NCBI GenBank assembly: GCA_050737995.1 | Contig: JBOHYR010000066.1 | Span: 41,864-105,863 of the forward strand | Direction of reading: 5' to 3' | Origin: Rhodanobacteraceae bacterium | Lineage (GTDB): Bacteria; Pseudomonadota; Gammaproteobacteria; Xanthomonadales; Rhodanobacteraceae | DNA length: 64,000 nucleotides | Part shown: in pieces, positions 1-9,660 of the stretch | Layout of the letters: every line of letters starts with the position of its first letter | Position numbering within the stretch: the first letter of the stretch is position 1 | Program-made: the position numbers and the translations under genes | Notes under the pieces: model-generated | What the model was told of the DNA's origin: nothing | What the model saw: only the letters and a program-made list of their open reading frames with translations | The model's database searches: none

Positions 1-1
1 A

Positions 2-430
2 GTGAGCTGCGACCGACCCGCGCCGTTGTGGCGCCGCTTTGCCTGCATGTTTTACGATTTGTTGCCATTGATCGCGCTGTGGATGATCGCGGCGGCGATG
101 TGGGTCTTGGCGTTCCATCGCGGCTACGATCCGCAGCATCCGGGAATTGTTATGCGCGTATTGCTGGAGGCGTGGTTGCTGGTGGTAACCGCCGCCTATT
201 TCATGGTGTCGTGGGTAAAGGTCGGCCAGACCATCGGCATGCGTGCGTGGAAGGTGAAGCTGGTAAGCGGAGAGGGCGCTCGGATTGGCACGCGGTTGGC
301 GGCGTTGCGTTTCGTGCTCGCGCTGGTGTCGTTCGCAATCGCTGGTTGTGGATTCTGGTACGCGCTGTTCGATCCGGAAAAGCGCACGTGGCATGACAAG
401 ATGTGTGGGACGCGCATGACCCATCTTTGA
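2..430 (+). CDS. RDD family membrane protein (starts at window edge, may be 5' partial)
   Basis: ORF 2..430. It has an N-terminal RRF.A...D.L pattern, hydrophobic helices and a C-terminal WHD motif, as in RDD domain proteins. Confidence 0.6.
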   Translation: MSCDRPAPLWRRFACMFYDLLPLIALWMIAAAMWVLAFHRGYDPQHPGIVMRVLLEAWLLVVTAAYFMVSWVKVGQTIGMRAWKVKLVSGEGARIGTRLAALRFVLALVSFAIAGCGFWYALFDPEKRTWHDKMCGTRMTHL

Positions 431-545
431 TCCGGGCGCGATGTGTAGTTCGCGACGCGAGGCCGTTGCTCTGTCGCGATCGCCCCAAGACGCGGAACCA
501 GACCGCGATTTTATGGCGTCAAACGGGCCGCAACCTTGCCCTTCA

Positions 546-1658
546 CTACGCCCGTCGGTAATACACGACCGCGATTGCCAGCAACAGCAGGGGGGGAATC
601 AGGTTCACCACCAGCGGCGACGCGCCGAACACGGTGCCTGTGCTGACAACGGCACGTTGTACGAAGTACCATGCGATCGCGACGATGACGCCGAGGAACA
701 GGCGTTTTCCGAGCCCTCCCGAACGCAGTGCGCCAAAACCGAACGGCAGCGCGCACAACACCAGTAACAGTGTGTCGATCGGGTAGAACACGCGTTCCCA
801 CCACGCATTCCGGTATACGCCAGGATTCTGGCGGTTCGCACGCAGGTAGGCGATATTCCGAGACAGGTCGCGCAGCGACAGGTATTCCGGGTGCACCACG
901 GACGCCTCGAGCACGGCGGGGTCGAGGCTGGTTTGCCATGCCAGTCGCTTGTACGTGGTACTCACGGCACCGGCAACCGAGACGCGGGTATCGCGCACGT
1001 TGTCCAGCACCCAGGATTTACCTGCCTGAGTAGCCAGCTTTGCCCAGCGGAACGAGGTCAGTTCATTTGCCTCGTTGAAGCCGAATATCCGCACGTCCGC
1101 AAGCTCGACCTCCGGCCGGCCATGCACCATGTGAGCCAAGGCCGCCTTGGCGTTGATGATGTCATCGCCGTCGCGTGCCCACAGGCCGCTGCCCTGGCGT
1201 ATCCGCAGCTGACCGGCGCTGCGCTGCAACTGGATTTCCTGCGCGCGTTGTTCGCCGGCGGGTGCGGCGGTTTCGCCGAGAATGAATACGCCGATCATCA
1301 GCACCGTGACCAGGCCGACGGCGGACAGACTGATCCTGAGTTTGGACATGCCGGCGGCGCGCAACGCAGTGAGCTCGCCACTACTTGCCAAGGCCCCGAC
1401 GCCCACCAGACTGCCAATCAGCGCCGCAAATACGAACCACTGGTATGCGCGCCGCGGCACGGTCAGCAGGATGTACACCACCGCCTTGCCGAGCGTGTAC
1501 CCTCCATGGCCGACGCCGCTGATCTGGTTGGCAAACTGGATGAAGGTGTCGAGGCCGGTGAGCACCAGCCAAGTCAGTAGCAGGCCGCCGAGCACCGTGC
1601 CCGCGATCAATAGATCGGCGCGCTTGATCCGGAAGGCTTGCCAGGAAACCCGTCTCAC
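546..1658 (-). CDS. lptG: LPS export ABC transporter permease LptG
   Basis: YjgP/YjgQ-type permease sequence within ORF 546..1946. I chose the GTG at 1658 because it forms a GTGA overlap with the lptF stop (1655-1657) and gives about 370 aa. The longer ORF would overlap lptF. Confidence 0.85.
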   Translation of the reverse strand: MRRVSWQAFRIKRADLLIAGTVLGGLLLTWLVLTGLDTFIQFANQISGVGHGGYTLGKAVVYILLTVPRRAYQWFVFAALIGSLVGVGALASSGELTALRAAGMSKLRISLSAVGLVTVLMIGVFILGETAAPAGEQRAQEIQLQRSAGQLRIRQGSGLWARDGDDIINAKAALAHMVHGRPEVELADVRIFGFNEANELTSFRWAKLATQAGKSWVLDNVRDTRVSVAGAVSTTYKRLAWQTSLDPAVLEASVVHPEYLSLRDLSRNIAYLRANRQNPGVYRNAWWERVFYPIDTLLLVLCALPFGFGALRSGGLGKRLFLGVIVAIAWYFVQRAVVSTGTVFGASPLVVNLIPPLLLLAIAVVYYRRA

Positions 1659-2776
1659 GCGTTGGATCCCGCCATGCCGCGGGGCTTCCGCAAGGCGTAT
1701 TGCCTGGCGAACGCCCACGCCGCGCCAACGAACACCGGCAACAGAATCCACCACATGCCGACGGGCGCGGGCAATCTGCCGCTCGCGATGAATTCGCGAC
1801 CGAAGGTCATCATATCCATCATGATCAGGTACGCGAGCACCCCGATAAGGATGCGCCCAACCGGTGAACTGCGCGGTGCCTGGCGCGACATCGGCAACGC
1901 CAGCATGGCCAGCACGATGAGTCCGAACGGCACCGCGATGCGCCATTGCAGTTCGGCGCGTGCCGCGGAGTCGGGATCGCCGATCAGCGATGCCGTAGTG
2001 CGCAGGCTTTCGGGATCGGTTTCACCGCTGTCGTCTGTTGGCTGCGACAGCGCGATGTCGTTGCGCTGGAATTTCATCAATCGCCAGTTGTCCTGACCGA
2101 GGCGGATGTCGTAGCGATGGCCATCGTGAAGCGCGATGAAACGATTGTCCTCCTGCCCCTCGTGATACAGATCGCCATGGTCAGCGACGATCACATTGAT
2201 GCTGACCACGCCGTCCTTGCCAGTCTGTTCGCTCGAGACGAAGAGCTTGCCGAGACGCGTGCCGTCCGGACTCACGCTATTTGCGAACAGGATGCCTCCG
2301 CGGCCGGACAGACTCGTGAACTGGCCAGCCTCCAGCCCCGCCGCGATCACCGAACGGTTGGCCTGGTCGATCTCGGCATTGGATGCGCGCGCTGCGAGCG
2401 GCCCCAACCACAACGACACCAGCGCCACCACGGCCGCCGTGCCTACGGCGAAGATCGCGGCTGGCTTCAGCAAACCCCTGGGCCCGAATCCGGATGCCGA
2501 CAACACATGCATCTCGCTGTCCCGGTACATCCGCCCAAGCGCCAGCAAGATGCCAAGGAACATCGCCATCGGCAGGAGCGCCTGCAGGGTGTTGACCAGA
2601 TTCAGGCCCAACACCGTGAACATGATCGCGCCGGGCAGGCGGCCGGTTGCCACCTTGTTGACGATGTCCGCGAAAGTGCTGCCGGTGAAAATCACCAGCA
2701 GCACCACGGTGGCCGCCAGGGTGCCGTACAGGAATTCGCGCAGGATGTAACGGTCGAGGATGGTAAAACGCGGCAT
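1655..2776 (-). CDS. lptF: LPS export ABC transporter permease LptF
   Basis: 373-aa ORF starting MPRFTILDRYILREF, typical of the YjgP/YjgQ family. It lies divergent from pepA, the conserved lptFG-pepA arrangement. Confidence 0.85.
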   Translation of the reverse strand: MPRFTILDRYILREFLYGTLAATVVLLVIFTGSTFADIVNKVATGRLPGAIMFTVLGLNLVNTLQALLPMAMFLGILLALGRMYRDSEMHVLSASGFGPRGLLKPAAIFAVGTAAVVALVSLWLGPLAARASNAEIDQANRSVIAAGLEAGQFTSLSGRGGILFANSVSPDGTRLGKLFVSSEQTGKDGVVSINVIVADHGDLYHEGQEDNRFIALHDGHRYDIRLGQDNWRLMKFQRNDIALSQPTDDSGETDPESLRTTASLIGDPDSAARAELQWRIAVPFGLIVLAMLALPMSRQAPRSSPVGRILIGVLAYLIMMDMMTFGREFIASGRLPAPVGMWWILLPVFVGAAWAFARQYALRKPRGMAGSNA

Positions 2777-2855
2777 CGGCTAGACTGGCAGGCTTTGCAG
2801 AGCGCAAGTGTAGTGGCTCGCGCCCGCTTGCCCGGCCATCGAGGAATCAATCGTC

Positions 2856-4331
2856 ATGCTTGAATTCAGCCTGAGTTCCGCAGCCGCTGACACTTCGGAT
2901 ACGCCCTGTGCCGTAGTGGGCGTCTTCGAAGAAGTGCCATCGCCGGCCGCTGCTGCGATTGATGCCGCGAGTGGCGGGGCCGTTGCCCGTTTACGGGAAT
3001 CGGGCGACTTCACCGGCAAGACCGGGACGACACTGGTGCTGCACGGGCTCACGGATGTCGCGGCTCCGCGCGTGATGCTGGTGGGGTTGGGTTCCGAAGA
3101 CGATTTTGATGCGCAGGCCTTCCAACGTGCCTGCAGCGAGGCCGGAAAAGCACTGAAGCGCATGCCTGTCATGAGCGCTTGTGCATGGTTGCCGCAACTC
3201 GACGTGCAAGGGCGTGACCTCGACTGGCGCGTACGCATCTGCGCACTGGCGATCGATCATGCGTGCTTTCGTTACACGGCGACCCTCAACCGGGTCAACG
3301 GCGATGTTCATCGTCTGAAGAAACTGGAACTGGCGGCTGGTGACGATGCGGAAGACGGACTGGAACAGGCGCGTGCCATCGCGAGAGGCGTCGCGTTCGC
3401 GCGCGAGCTCGGTTGCCTGCCGCCGAACCTGTGCACGCCGACCCACATCGCCGCGCAGGCGAAGACGATCGCCGACGAACATCCGGGTGTCGCGCTGGAA
3501 GTGCTGGAACGCGAGGACATGCAGAAGCTCGGCATGGGTGCGCTGCTGGCGGTGTCGTCCGGCGCCGCGACGCCGCCCAAGCTGATCGTGTTGCAGTATC
3601 AGGGGGCGGGTGACGCCAAGCCCTATGCGCTGGTCGGCAAGGGTGTCACGTTCGATACCGGTGGCATGAACCTCAAGCCCACCGGTTCCATGGAAGAGAT
3701 GAAATACGACATGTGCGGCGCGGCCGGGGTCCTGGGCGCGTTCCTCGCGGCAGTCGAGATGAAACTGCCGATCAACCTGGTGTGTGTCGTACCGTCGGTC
3801 GAAAACATGCCGGACGGCGCAGGCTATCGTCCCAGCGACGTGCTGCACACCCACGCCGGCATCTCGGTGGAAGTGTTGAACACCGATGCCGAAGGACGCC
3901 TGATTCTGTGTGACGCGCTGTCATATACCTGCAAGCGTTTCCAGCCGCAGGCGCTGGTTGACGCGGCGACGCTGACTGGTGCATGCGTGATCGCATTGGG
4001 GGCGCACGCTTCGGGTCTGTTCAGCGCCGACGACGAACTGGCTGACGATCTGCTCGCCGCCGGCACCAAATCGCTGGATCGCGCGTGGCGCCTGCCGTTG
4101 TGGGACGACTATCGCAATCAGCTCGAATCCGCCTTCGCAGACATTGCCAACGTCGGTGGCAAGAGTGCCGGCGCGGTCACCGCCGCGTTGTTCCTGTCGC
4201 GCTTCACCGAAGGCACGCGCTGGGCGCATCTGGATGTCGCGGGCACGGCGTGGGTCAGCGGACGCAAGGGTTATGCCACCGGCCGGCCGGTGCCTTTGCT
4301 TGCGCAATGGCTGATCGATCACGCGACCTGA
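2856..4331 (+). CDS. pepA: Leucyl aminopeptidase (M17)
   Basis: 491-aa ORF with the M17 signature NTDAEGRL and the KGVTFDTGG motif. Confidence 0.95.
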   Translation: MLEFSLSSAAADTSDTPCAVVGVFEEVPSPAAAAIDAASGGAVARLRESGDFTGKTGTTLVLHGLTDVAAPRVMLVGLGSEDDFDAQAFQRACSEAGKALKRMPVMSACAWLPQLDVQGRDLDWRVRICALAIDHACFRYTATLNRVNGDVHRLKKLELAAGDDAEDGLEQARAIARGVAFARELGCLPPNLCTPTHIAAQAKTIADEHPGVALEVLEREDMQKLGMGALLAVSSGAATPPKLIVLQYQGAGDAKPYALVGKGVTFDTGGMNLKPTGSMEEMKYDMCGAAGVLGAFLAAVEMKLPINLVCVVPSVENMPDGAGYRPSDVLHTHAGISVEVLNTDAEGRLILCDALSYTCKRFQPQALVDAATLTGACVIALGAHASGLFSADDELADDLLAAGTKSLDRAWRLPLWDDYRNQLESAFADIANVGGKSAGAVTAALFLSRFTEGTRWAHLDVAGTAWVSGRKGYATGRPVPLLAQWLIDHAT

Positions 4332-4711
4332 TTGCTTCCTTGGGTATGAGAAACGTAGTAAATGCCTTCTGTCGTTTGGTTGTACAGGTTCAGACCGGTA
4401 CCCTCGTCGTCGGCCCACAATCGTCCGTCGCGATCGACCAGCACGGCCGAGATGTCGTTGGCGGGCAACGATGCGGATAGTTTCGGGTCGTGGCGGAAGA
4501 CCTGGAATTCCCGGCTGTCGTAGCGCACCAGCCCACCGTGGGTTCCGATCCAGAGGTAGCCCGCGAGGTCCTGGGTGACGACATAGACGTCCGCCGACGG
4601 CAGGCCGTCGGCCACGCCGTAGCTGCGGAAGGTCGGTGTGGGCGGTACGCCGGTTGCGGCGGGCACCGCGCCGCTCGCCAAGGCTCCCGCCAGCAACAAT
4701 GCATCCAGCAT
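4319..4711 (-). pseudogene. N-terminal fragment of a two-component-regulator-propeller (Reg_prop) type periplasmic sensor protein
   Basis: ATG at 4711 gives a signal-like MLDALLLAGALASGAVPA. Reg_prop-like repeats follow (DGLPSADVYVVTQDLAGYLWIGTHGGLVRYD, then ANDISAVLVDRDGRLWA). The ORF stops after about 130 aa and overlaps the pepA 3' end. Family members are normally several hundred aa longer. Confidence 0.4.
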
Positions 4712-4815
4712 TTCGCGTCTCCCCACCAACCGGTCTCCGATAATGCCGCAAATGCGCCAGCCATGCGCGCCGTGCCGGGCTGTGCGACGATGTTTGCGGT
4801 GTGAAGGAGGTGGCT

Positions 4816-5451
4816 GTGCGTCGGATTTCGCCATGGTTGATGGGCTTTGCGTTGTTGGTCGCCGGCACGGCGGTCGCGCATCCGCTCGACTACCGCATCG
4901 ACACCGTTCATTCGCAGGTGTTGTTCAGCGCAGATCATGACGGTTACTCGCGTCCGGTCGGCCGACTCGCCATCGTGCGCGGCTGGCTGCGGTTTGACCC
5001 GGACGACTGGGGCGCATCGAAAGTCGTCGCCGACATCGACACCACCTCTGCCGATCTCGGCGACAAGGAGTGGGATGCCGCAGTCACCGGGCACAATTTC
5101 CTCGATGCCGGAGCGTTCCCGCTCGCGCATTTCGAGAGCGAGTCGGTGACGAAGACGGGAGACGGCACGGGAGTGCTCGATGGCAAGCTGACGCTACGCG
5201 GTGTCACGCTACCTGTGAAGGTCCATTTCACCGTCAACCGGGTCGGCATGACCTTGTTCGGTTTCGAGACCATCGCGGGTTTTTCGGGGCATGCCGAGCT
5301 CGACCGCACGAAGTTCGGCATGACAGCGTTTCCGAAAGCGGTCGGTACCCGGGTAACGATTCGTCTGGAAATCGAGGCGAAGCTGGATCGCGATGCCGAG
5401 CGCGATTATCTGCAGAAAGGGGGGAAAGCGCGTGCGGCTGCGCAGCACTGA
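4816..5451 (+). CDS. YceI family periplasmic polyisoprenoid-binding protein
   Basis: Signal peptide plus the YceI pattern DTVHSQVLFSADHDGYSRPVGRL. The GTG at 4816 was chosen because an AAGGAGG lies 6 nt upstream. Confidence 0.85.
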   Translation: MRRISPWLMGFALLVAGTAVAHPLDYRIDTVHSQVLFSADHDGYSRPVGRLAIVRGWLRFDPDDWGASKVVADIDTTSADLGDKEWDAAVTGHNFLDAGAFPLAHFESESVTKTGDGTGVLDGKLTLRGVTLPVKVHFTVNRVGMTLFGFETIAGFSGHAELDRTKFGMTAFPKAVGTRVTIRLEIEAKLDRDAERDYLQKGGKARAAAQH

Positions 5452-6001
5452 TACGGGCTGGGGCGTGCCGATGCGCGCTTTCCATTGGCTGATCGCGATA
5501 TTGATCCTCGCCCAGGCGATCATCGGCCTGACGATGGTGGGCATGGGATTGACGCCCGCCAAGGTGCGGGTATTCGCACTCCACAAGTCGATCGGGATCA
5601 CCATCCTCGCACTGGTGCTGCTCCGGATCGCCTGGCGTTTGGGGGAACACCGTCCGGGCGATCCGCCGATGACGCCGCGCTGGCAGCGCCGCGCAGCGCA
5701 CGGGATGCACTTTGCGTTGTACGTATTGATCCTCGCCATCCCGCTCAGTGGCTGGTGGTTCAACTCCGCGTCGAACGCGCCACTGGTGTGGTTCGGATTG
5801 TTCGAGGTGCCGAGTCTCACCGGTGGGTACGATCCGGTCTGGAAGCCGCGCGCGCTGTTATTGCACCAGGCCTTGTTCTGGATTCTGGTCGCGTTGCTGG
5901 TGGGACATGTCGGCGCGGCTTTGTGGCACCATGTCCGGCAGCGCGACGATGTGTTGTTGCGAATGCTGCGTGGTGCGCCGAAACGAGGAGGCAAGCGATG
6001 A
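5432..6001 (+). CDS. Cytochrome b561 family protein
   Basis: Four hydrophobic helices with conserved His (FHWLIA, LHKSIG, HQALFW, HHV). The GTG at 5432 follows a purine-rich SD. The gene is sandwiched between two yceI genes, a common arrangement. Confidence 0.85.
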   Translation: MRLRSTDTGWGVPMRAFHWLIAILILAQAIIGLTMVGMGLTPAKVRVFALHKSIGITILALVLLRIAWRLGEHRPGDPPMTPRWQRRAAHGMHFALYVLILAIPLSGWWFNSASNAPLVWFGLFEVPSLTGGYDPVWKPRALLLHQALFWILVALLVGHVGAALWHHVRQRDDVLLRMLRGAPKRGGKR

Positions 6002-6561
6002 GATGTTGGATAGGCCGGGTCGGCATGTTTGCGGTCGCGCTGATTGCGGCGCCCGCGCTGGCGCAGACGTGGCAGGTCGATCCCACGCACAGCACGCTTG
6101 CGTTCACCAACACGTATCAAGACGTTCAATACATGGGGCAATTCCGCCGCTTCACGGCAGCGATCGACTACGACCCGGCTGATCTCGCCCACGCAAAGTT
6201 CGATGTCACGGTCGACATCGCCAGCCTCGATACGCAGAACAGCGAGCGCGACCACGCAGCGCTGAGCGCGGATTTCTTCGACACCACGAAGTTTCCGCGC
6301 GCGCACTTCGTCACGGCAGATTTCCGAAACGGGCCACACGGTGAAGTGCTGGCCGACGGCACACTGATCCTGCGTGGTGTCAGCCGCCCGGTGACACTTG
6401 TCGTGAAGTTCGCGCCGCACGGCGACACCGCAACCCTGGATGTGAGTACGCAACTAAAACGCCTCGATTTCGGGATCGGGGCGGGTCAATGGGCCGACAC
6501 ATCGATGATCGGCAATGGCGTCGCCGTGCACGGCCACCTGTTGCTGACGGCAAAACCATGA
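5998..6561 (+). CDS. YceI family protein (second copy)
   Basis: The ATG at 5998 overlaps the cytochrome b561 stop (ATGA). It has a signal peptide ending ALAQ, then WQVDPTHSTLAFT and the rest of a YceI fold pattern. The longer ORF 5485..6561 is an upstream run-on. Confidence 0.85.
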   Translation: MRCWIGRVGMFAVALIAAPALAQTWQVDPTHSTLAFTNTYQDVQYMGQFRRFTAAIDYDPADLAHAKFDVTVDIASLDTQNSERDHAALSADFFDTTKFPRAHFVTADFRNGPHGEVLADGTLILRGVSRPVTLVVKFAPHGDTATLDVSTQLKRLDFGIGAGQWADTSMIGNGVAVHGHLLLTAKP

Positions 6562-6629
6562 AACGCGAGTCTTAGGAGCCGGTCGGTAAATCAGGATCGG
6601 TATGCCCGTCATTCCGGCGGGCGCCGGCA

Positions 6630-6866
6630 TCAATCGGTCACGCCGATGAACTCACGTAATGCCGCTGCATCGAATGGCCAGTCGAGTTCGCGTCCGGTAT
6701 CCCCGTCGCGCAGCACTGGCACCCGGATGCCGTAGCGCGCTTCCAGTTCGGCATCGCCATCGATCCACACGCCCTCGAAATCCGGCGCCCGTACTGTTGC
6801 CAGCAGCGCGATGGCTTCGTCACACAGCTTGCAGTCATCGCTTTGGTAGAGCGTAAGGCGGTACAA
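6630..6866 (-). CDS. Glutaredoxin-like small protein (DUF836-type)
   Basis: 78-aa ORF with a CKLC redox motif near the N-terminus and a VPVL motif typical of the thioredoxin fold. Confidence 0.7.
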   Translation of the reverse strand: MYRLTLYQSDDCKLCDEAIALLATVRAPDFEGVWIDGDAELEARYGIRVPVLRDGDTGRELDWPFDAAALREFIGVTD

Positions 6867-6996
6867 TTGGTGTTCACCGAGTGGCGGGCAGAAGTTGGAG
6901 CATAACGCCTGCGATTGCTACCGGGCTGGGTTCGCACTCAATCCTGCGCTATCTGGAAATGAGCGCAGATCGCTTCCGGCGGGTGACGACCGCGGT

Positions 6997-8174
6997 TCAG
7001 CGTTGCGTCGCCGTGTCCCCGCCCGTGTGTCCGGAGGGTGTCCACGCGGTAAAAACATCCGGGCCGAACACCGGAACGCTGTCCGATTGCGCATAACCGA
7101 GATACGGCAGGCCGAACCACTGCTCGACACTGCGCAGCGTCGAGTAGTGTTTGTAGGGCTGGCTGGAAACCGTCCCCGGCTTGACGAAGGGTGACAGCAC
7201 CAGGGCACCGATGCGCCCGCCGCCGGGGCCGCGTCTGCCGGGCTTGGGCCCGCCGGGAAGAGGCTGTTCGCCACAGCAGGCGGTGGTGTCGGCGGTGTCG
7301 CTTTCGTCGAACGTTATGATGAGGATGCCGTCCTTGCGGAAGGCCGGTGATGCGATGATCCGCGGTACCCAGGTACGCAGGAACTTGTCGGCCGACGTCA
7401 GCCCACCGGGTTCGCCGTTCACGCAAGGCGAGTTGTGGCCGTCGTGACAAAGATCAGGCGTGACGAACGCGTAGTTCGGGGTTGTCGCGACTTGCTGTAG
7501 ATCCCGCTGAAGATTTTTATTGGCACGAGATGTTGCTTGCAGTATGTCGCATCGTCGATGATCGAATGGAAATACACGAACGGATTGTGCTTGTCGGCGT
7601 AGCGGTCGGTGGGCGTGGCGGCGTTGGTCCAGTCGAGGCTGCCGATGACGGCATGCCCGCAGTCCGCGGACTCGCGCATGGGGTCTTTGCCCATGTCCTC
7701 CATGTAACCCTTCCACGACAGTCCCGCGTCACTCAACTGGTTGGCCACTGTCTTCACGACCGCCGGATAGATGCACCCGCTTCCGGCAAGTTGGCCGTTG
7801 GCGTCGAGTTTGCCCGTGGTGGGCGTGAAGTCGTCGTAGAGATGGCAATCCTCTTGCGTATCACGATTTGGCGCCTGCCCGCTGATCAGTGCAATGTAGT
7901 TGTCGAGGCTGTCGTGACCGGTCGCGTAGTACTTGGTCAGCAGCATGCCTTGTCCGGGCAACGTGTGTGCGAGGTATGGCGCCGGGGATTTGGGTCCGAA
8001 GGTGACGTCGAAGGGCTCGTTCTCCAGCACGATCAGAAACACGTGACGTATCGGCGGGGGTGTCGTCGCGGGAGCGCGCGTGGCCATCACGGCGAGCGGT
8101 GGGTCGGCGCACCCTGCCAGCAACATGGTCATCAAAAGCGCTATGGACCCAAGTGATACCAAAACGCGTTGCAT
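6997..8174 (-). pseudogene. Phosphoesterase family (AcpA / phospholipase C-like) lipoprotein, frameshifted
   Basis: The ATG at 8174 has an SD, and a lipobox LLAGC is present. The N-terminal two thirds read in the frame of ORF 7419..8630 (IRHVFLIVLENEPFD through DKHNPFVYFHSI). The C-terminal third reads in the frame of ORF 6997..7716 (NYAFVTPDLCHDGH through ILIITFDESD). The frames switch at an A5 run on the coding strand, at 7514-7518. Confidence 0.75.
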
Positions 8175-8244
8175 GGGTTCTCCTTGGGTGGTGGGAAGGC
8201 GCAGGAGCGTAGAATAAAGCTTTCCGCGTCCGCATACTGTCACC

Positions 8245-9627
8245 ATGGCAGTCAGTGTCTTCGACATCTTCAAGATCGGCATCGGGCCATCGTCCTCGCA
8301 CACAATCGGACCCATGCGTGCGGCGGCGCGGTTCGTCGAACGCTGGCTGGTCGAGACGGGCGAGCTGGAACGTGTCACACGCGCAACGGTGGAACTGTTC
8401 GGTTCGCTGGCGATGACCGGGCGTGGCCATGGCACCGACAAGGCGGTGATTTGCGGCCTCGAAGGCAACTGGCCCGACAAGATCGACCCCGATGAGATTC
8501 CGGCGGTGCTGGGACGGGTGCGTGGCGACAAGCGTATCCGCTTGCACGACAGCCACGAAATCGACTTCGATGAAAAGCACGATCTCTTGTTCAACAAGCG
8601 CCAGAAGCTGCCATACCATGTCAACGGCATGCGCTACACCGCGTACGACGCGAGCGGCGAGATCATCGTCACGCGCGATTACTACTCGGTGGGCGGCGGT
8701 TTCGTGGTCAATGTCGATGAGGCAGCGGCCGATCGCATCGTTGCCGACGCCACACCGCTTCCGTATCCGTTCCATTCCGGCGATGGACTGATTGCCTTGT
8801 GCGAGCAACATGCCATGAGCATCGCGCAACTGATGCTGGAAAACGAAAAAGTCTGGCGCGGCGAGGCAGAGATTCGCGCGGGATTGCTGCAAATCTGGAA
8901 AGCCATGCAGGATTGCGTCGCACGCGGGTTACGTTCGCCCGGCGAGTTGCCGGGCGGCCTCCACGTCAAGCGCCGTGCGCCCGCGATGGCTGCCGAGTTG
9001 AGGGACAAACCCGAGGACGCGTTGAAGGACCCGCTCACGGTGCTGGACTGGGTGAACCTTTATGCGCTGGCCATCAATGAGGAAAACGCTGCGGGTGGGC
9101 GCGTCGTGACGGCGCCGACCAATGGCGCAGCCGGCATCGTGCCCGCGGTGCTGCATTACTACGATCGTTTTTCCCCCAAATCGAACGAACAGGGGGTGAT
9201 CGATTTCCTGCTCACCGCCGGCGCGATCGGGATTCTCTACAAGGAAAATGCGTCCATCAGTGGCGCCGAGGTCGGCTGTCAGGGCGAAGTCGGCGTCGCC
9301 TGTTCGATGGCCGCCGGTGGCTTGGTGGCCGCACTTGGCGGCAGCGTCCACCAGATCGAGAACGCCGCCGAGATCGGCATGGAACACAACCTCGGGCTGA
9401 CCTGCGATCCGATCGGTGGGCTGGTGCAGATTCCGTGCATCGAGCGCAACGCGATGGGTTCGGTCAAAGCCATCAACGCGCAGCGCATGGCCATGAAGAG
9501 CGACGGCAAGCACCGCGTCTCGCTGGACAGGGTCATCAAGACCATGCGCGACACCGGCCGCGACATGAAGGACAAGTACAAGGAAACCAGTCGCGGTGGG
9601 TTGGCAGTCAACGTGATTGAGTGCTGA
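8245..9627 (+). CDS. sdaA: L-serine ammonia-lyase (iron-sulfur dependent, single chain)
   Basis: 460-aa ORF starting [24 protein letters not shown], with full-length SdaA-like sequence. Confidence 0.95.
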   Translation: MAVSVFDIFKIGIGPSSSHTIGPMRAAARFVERWLVETGELERVTRATVELFGSLAMTGRGHGTDKAVICGLEGNWPDKIDPDEIPAVLGRVRGDKRIRLHDSHEIDFDEKHDLLFNKRQKLPYHVNGMRYTAYDASGEIIVTRDYYSVGGGFVVNVDEAAADRIVADATPLPYPFHSGDGLIALCEQHAMSIAQLMLENEKVWRGEAEIRAGLLQIWKAMQDCVARGLRSPGELPGGLHVKRRAPAMAAELRDKPEDALKDPLTVLDWVNLYALAINEENAAGGRVVTAPTNGAAGIVPAVLHYYDRFSPKSNEQGVIDFLLTAGAIGILYKENASISGAEVGCQGEVGVACSMAAGGLVAALGGSVHQIENAAEIGMEHNLGLTCDPIGGLVQIPCIERNAMGSVKAINAQRMAMKSDGKHRVSLDRVIKTMRDTGRDMKDKYKETSRGGLAVNVIEC

Positions 9628-9660
9628 GCGCTTATTTGGCTTCGATTCGGCTCAACCGGC

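Noticed and set aside
1659-1946. N-terminal 96-aa extension of the lptG ORF (546..1946)
   Set aside because: The extension overlaps lptF and has no LptG similarity. The internal GTG at 1658 gives the canonical length and a 4-bp overlap with the lptF stop. Similar run-on extensions were trimmed for rodA (to 20249), yceI-2 (from 5485), the aldehyde dehydrogenase (from 61521) and the 31029..31784 ORF.
5209-6453. 414-aa ORF on the minus strand
   Set aside because: It is antisense to the yceI / cytochrome b561 / yceI operon, whose plus-strand genes have clear family signatures and coupled start/stop overlaps.
4816-6561. yceI / cytochrome b561 / yceI operon with coupled overlaps, considered as a possible unusual system
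   Set aside because: This three-gene arrangement is common in Proteobacteria. Nothing atypical was seen.
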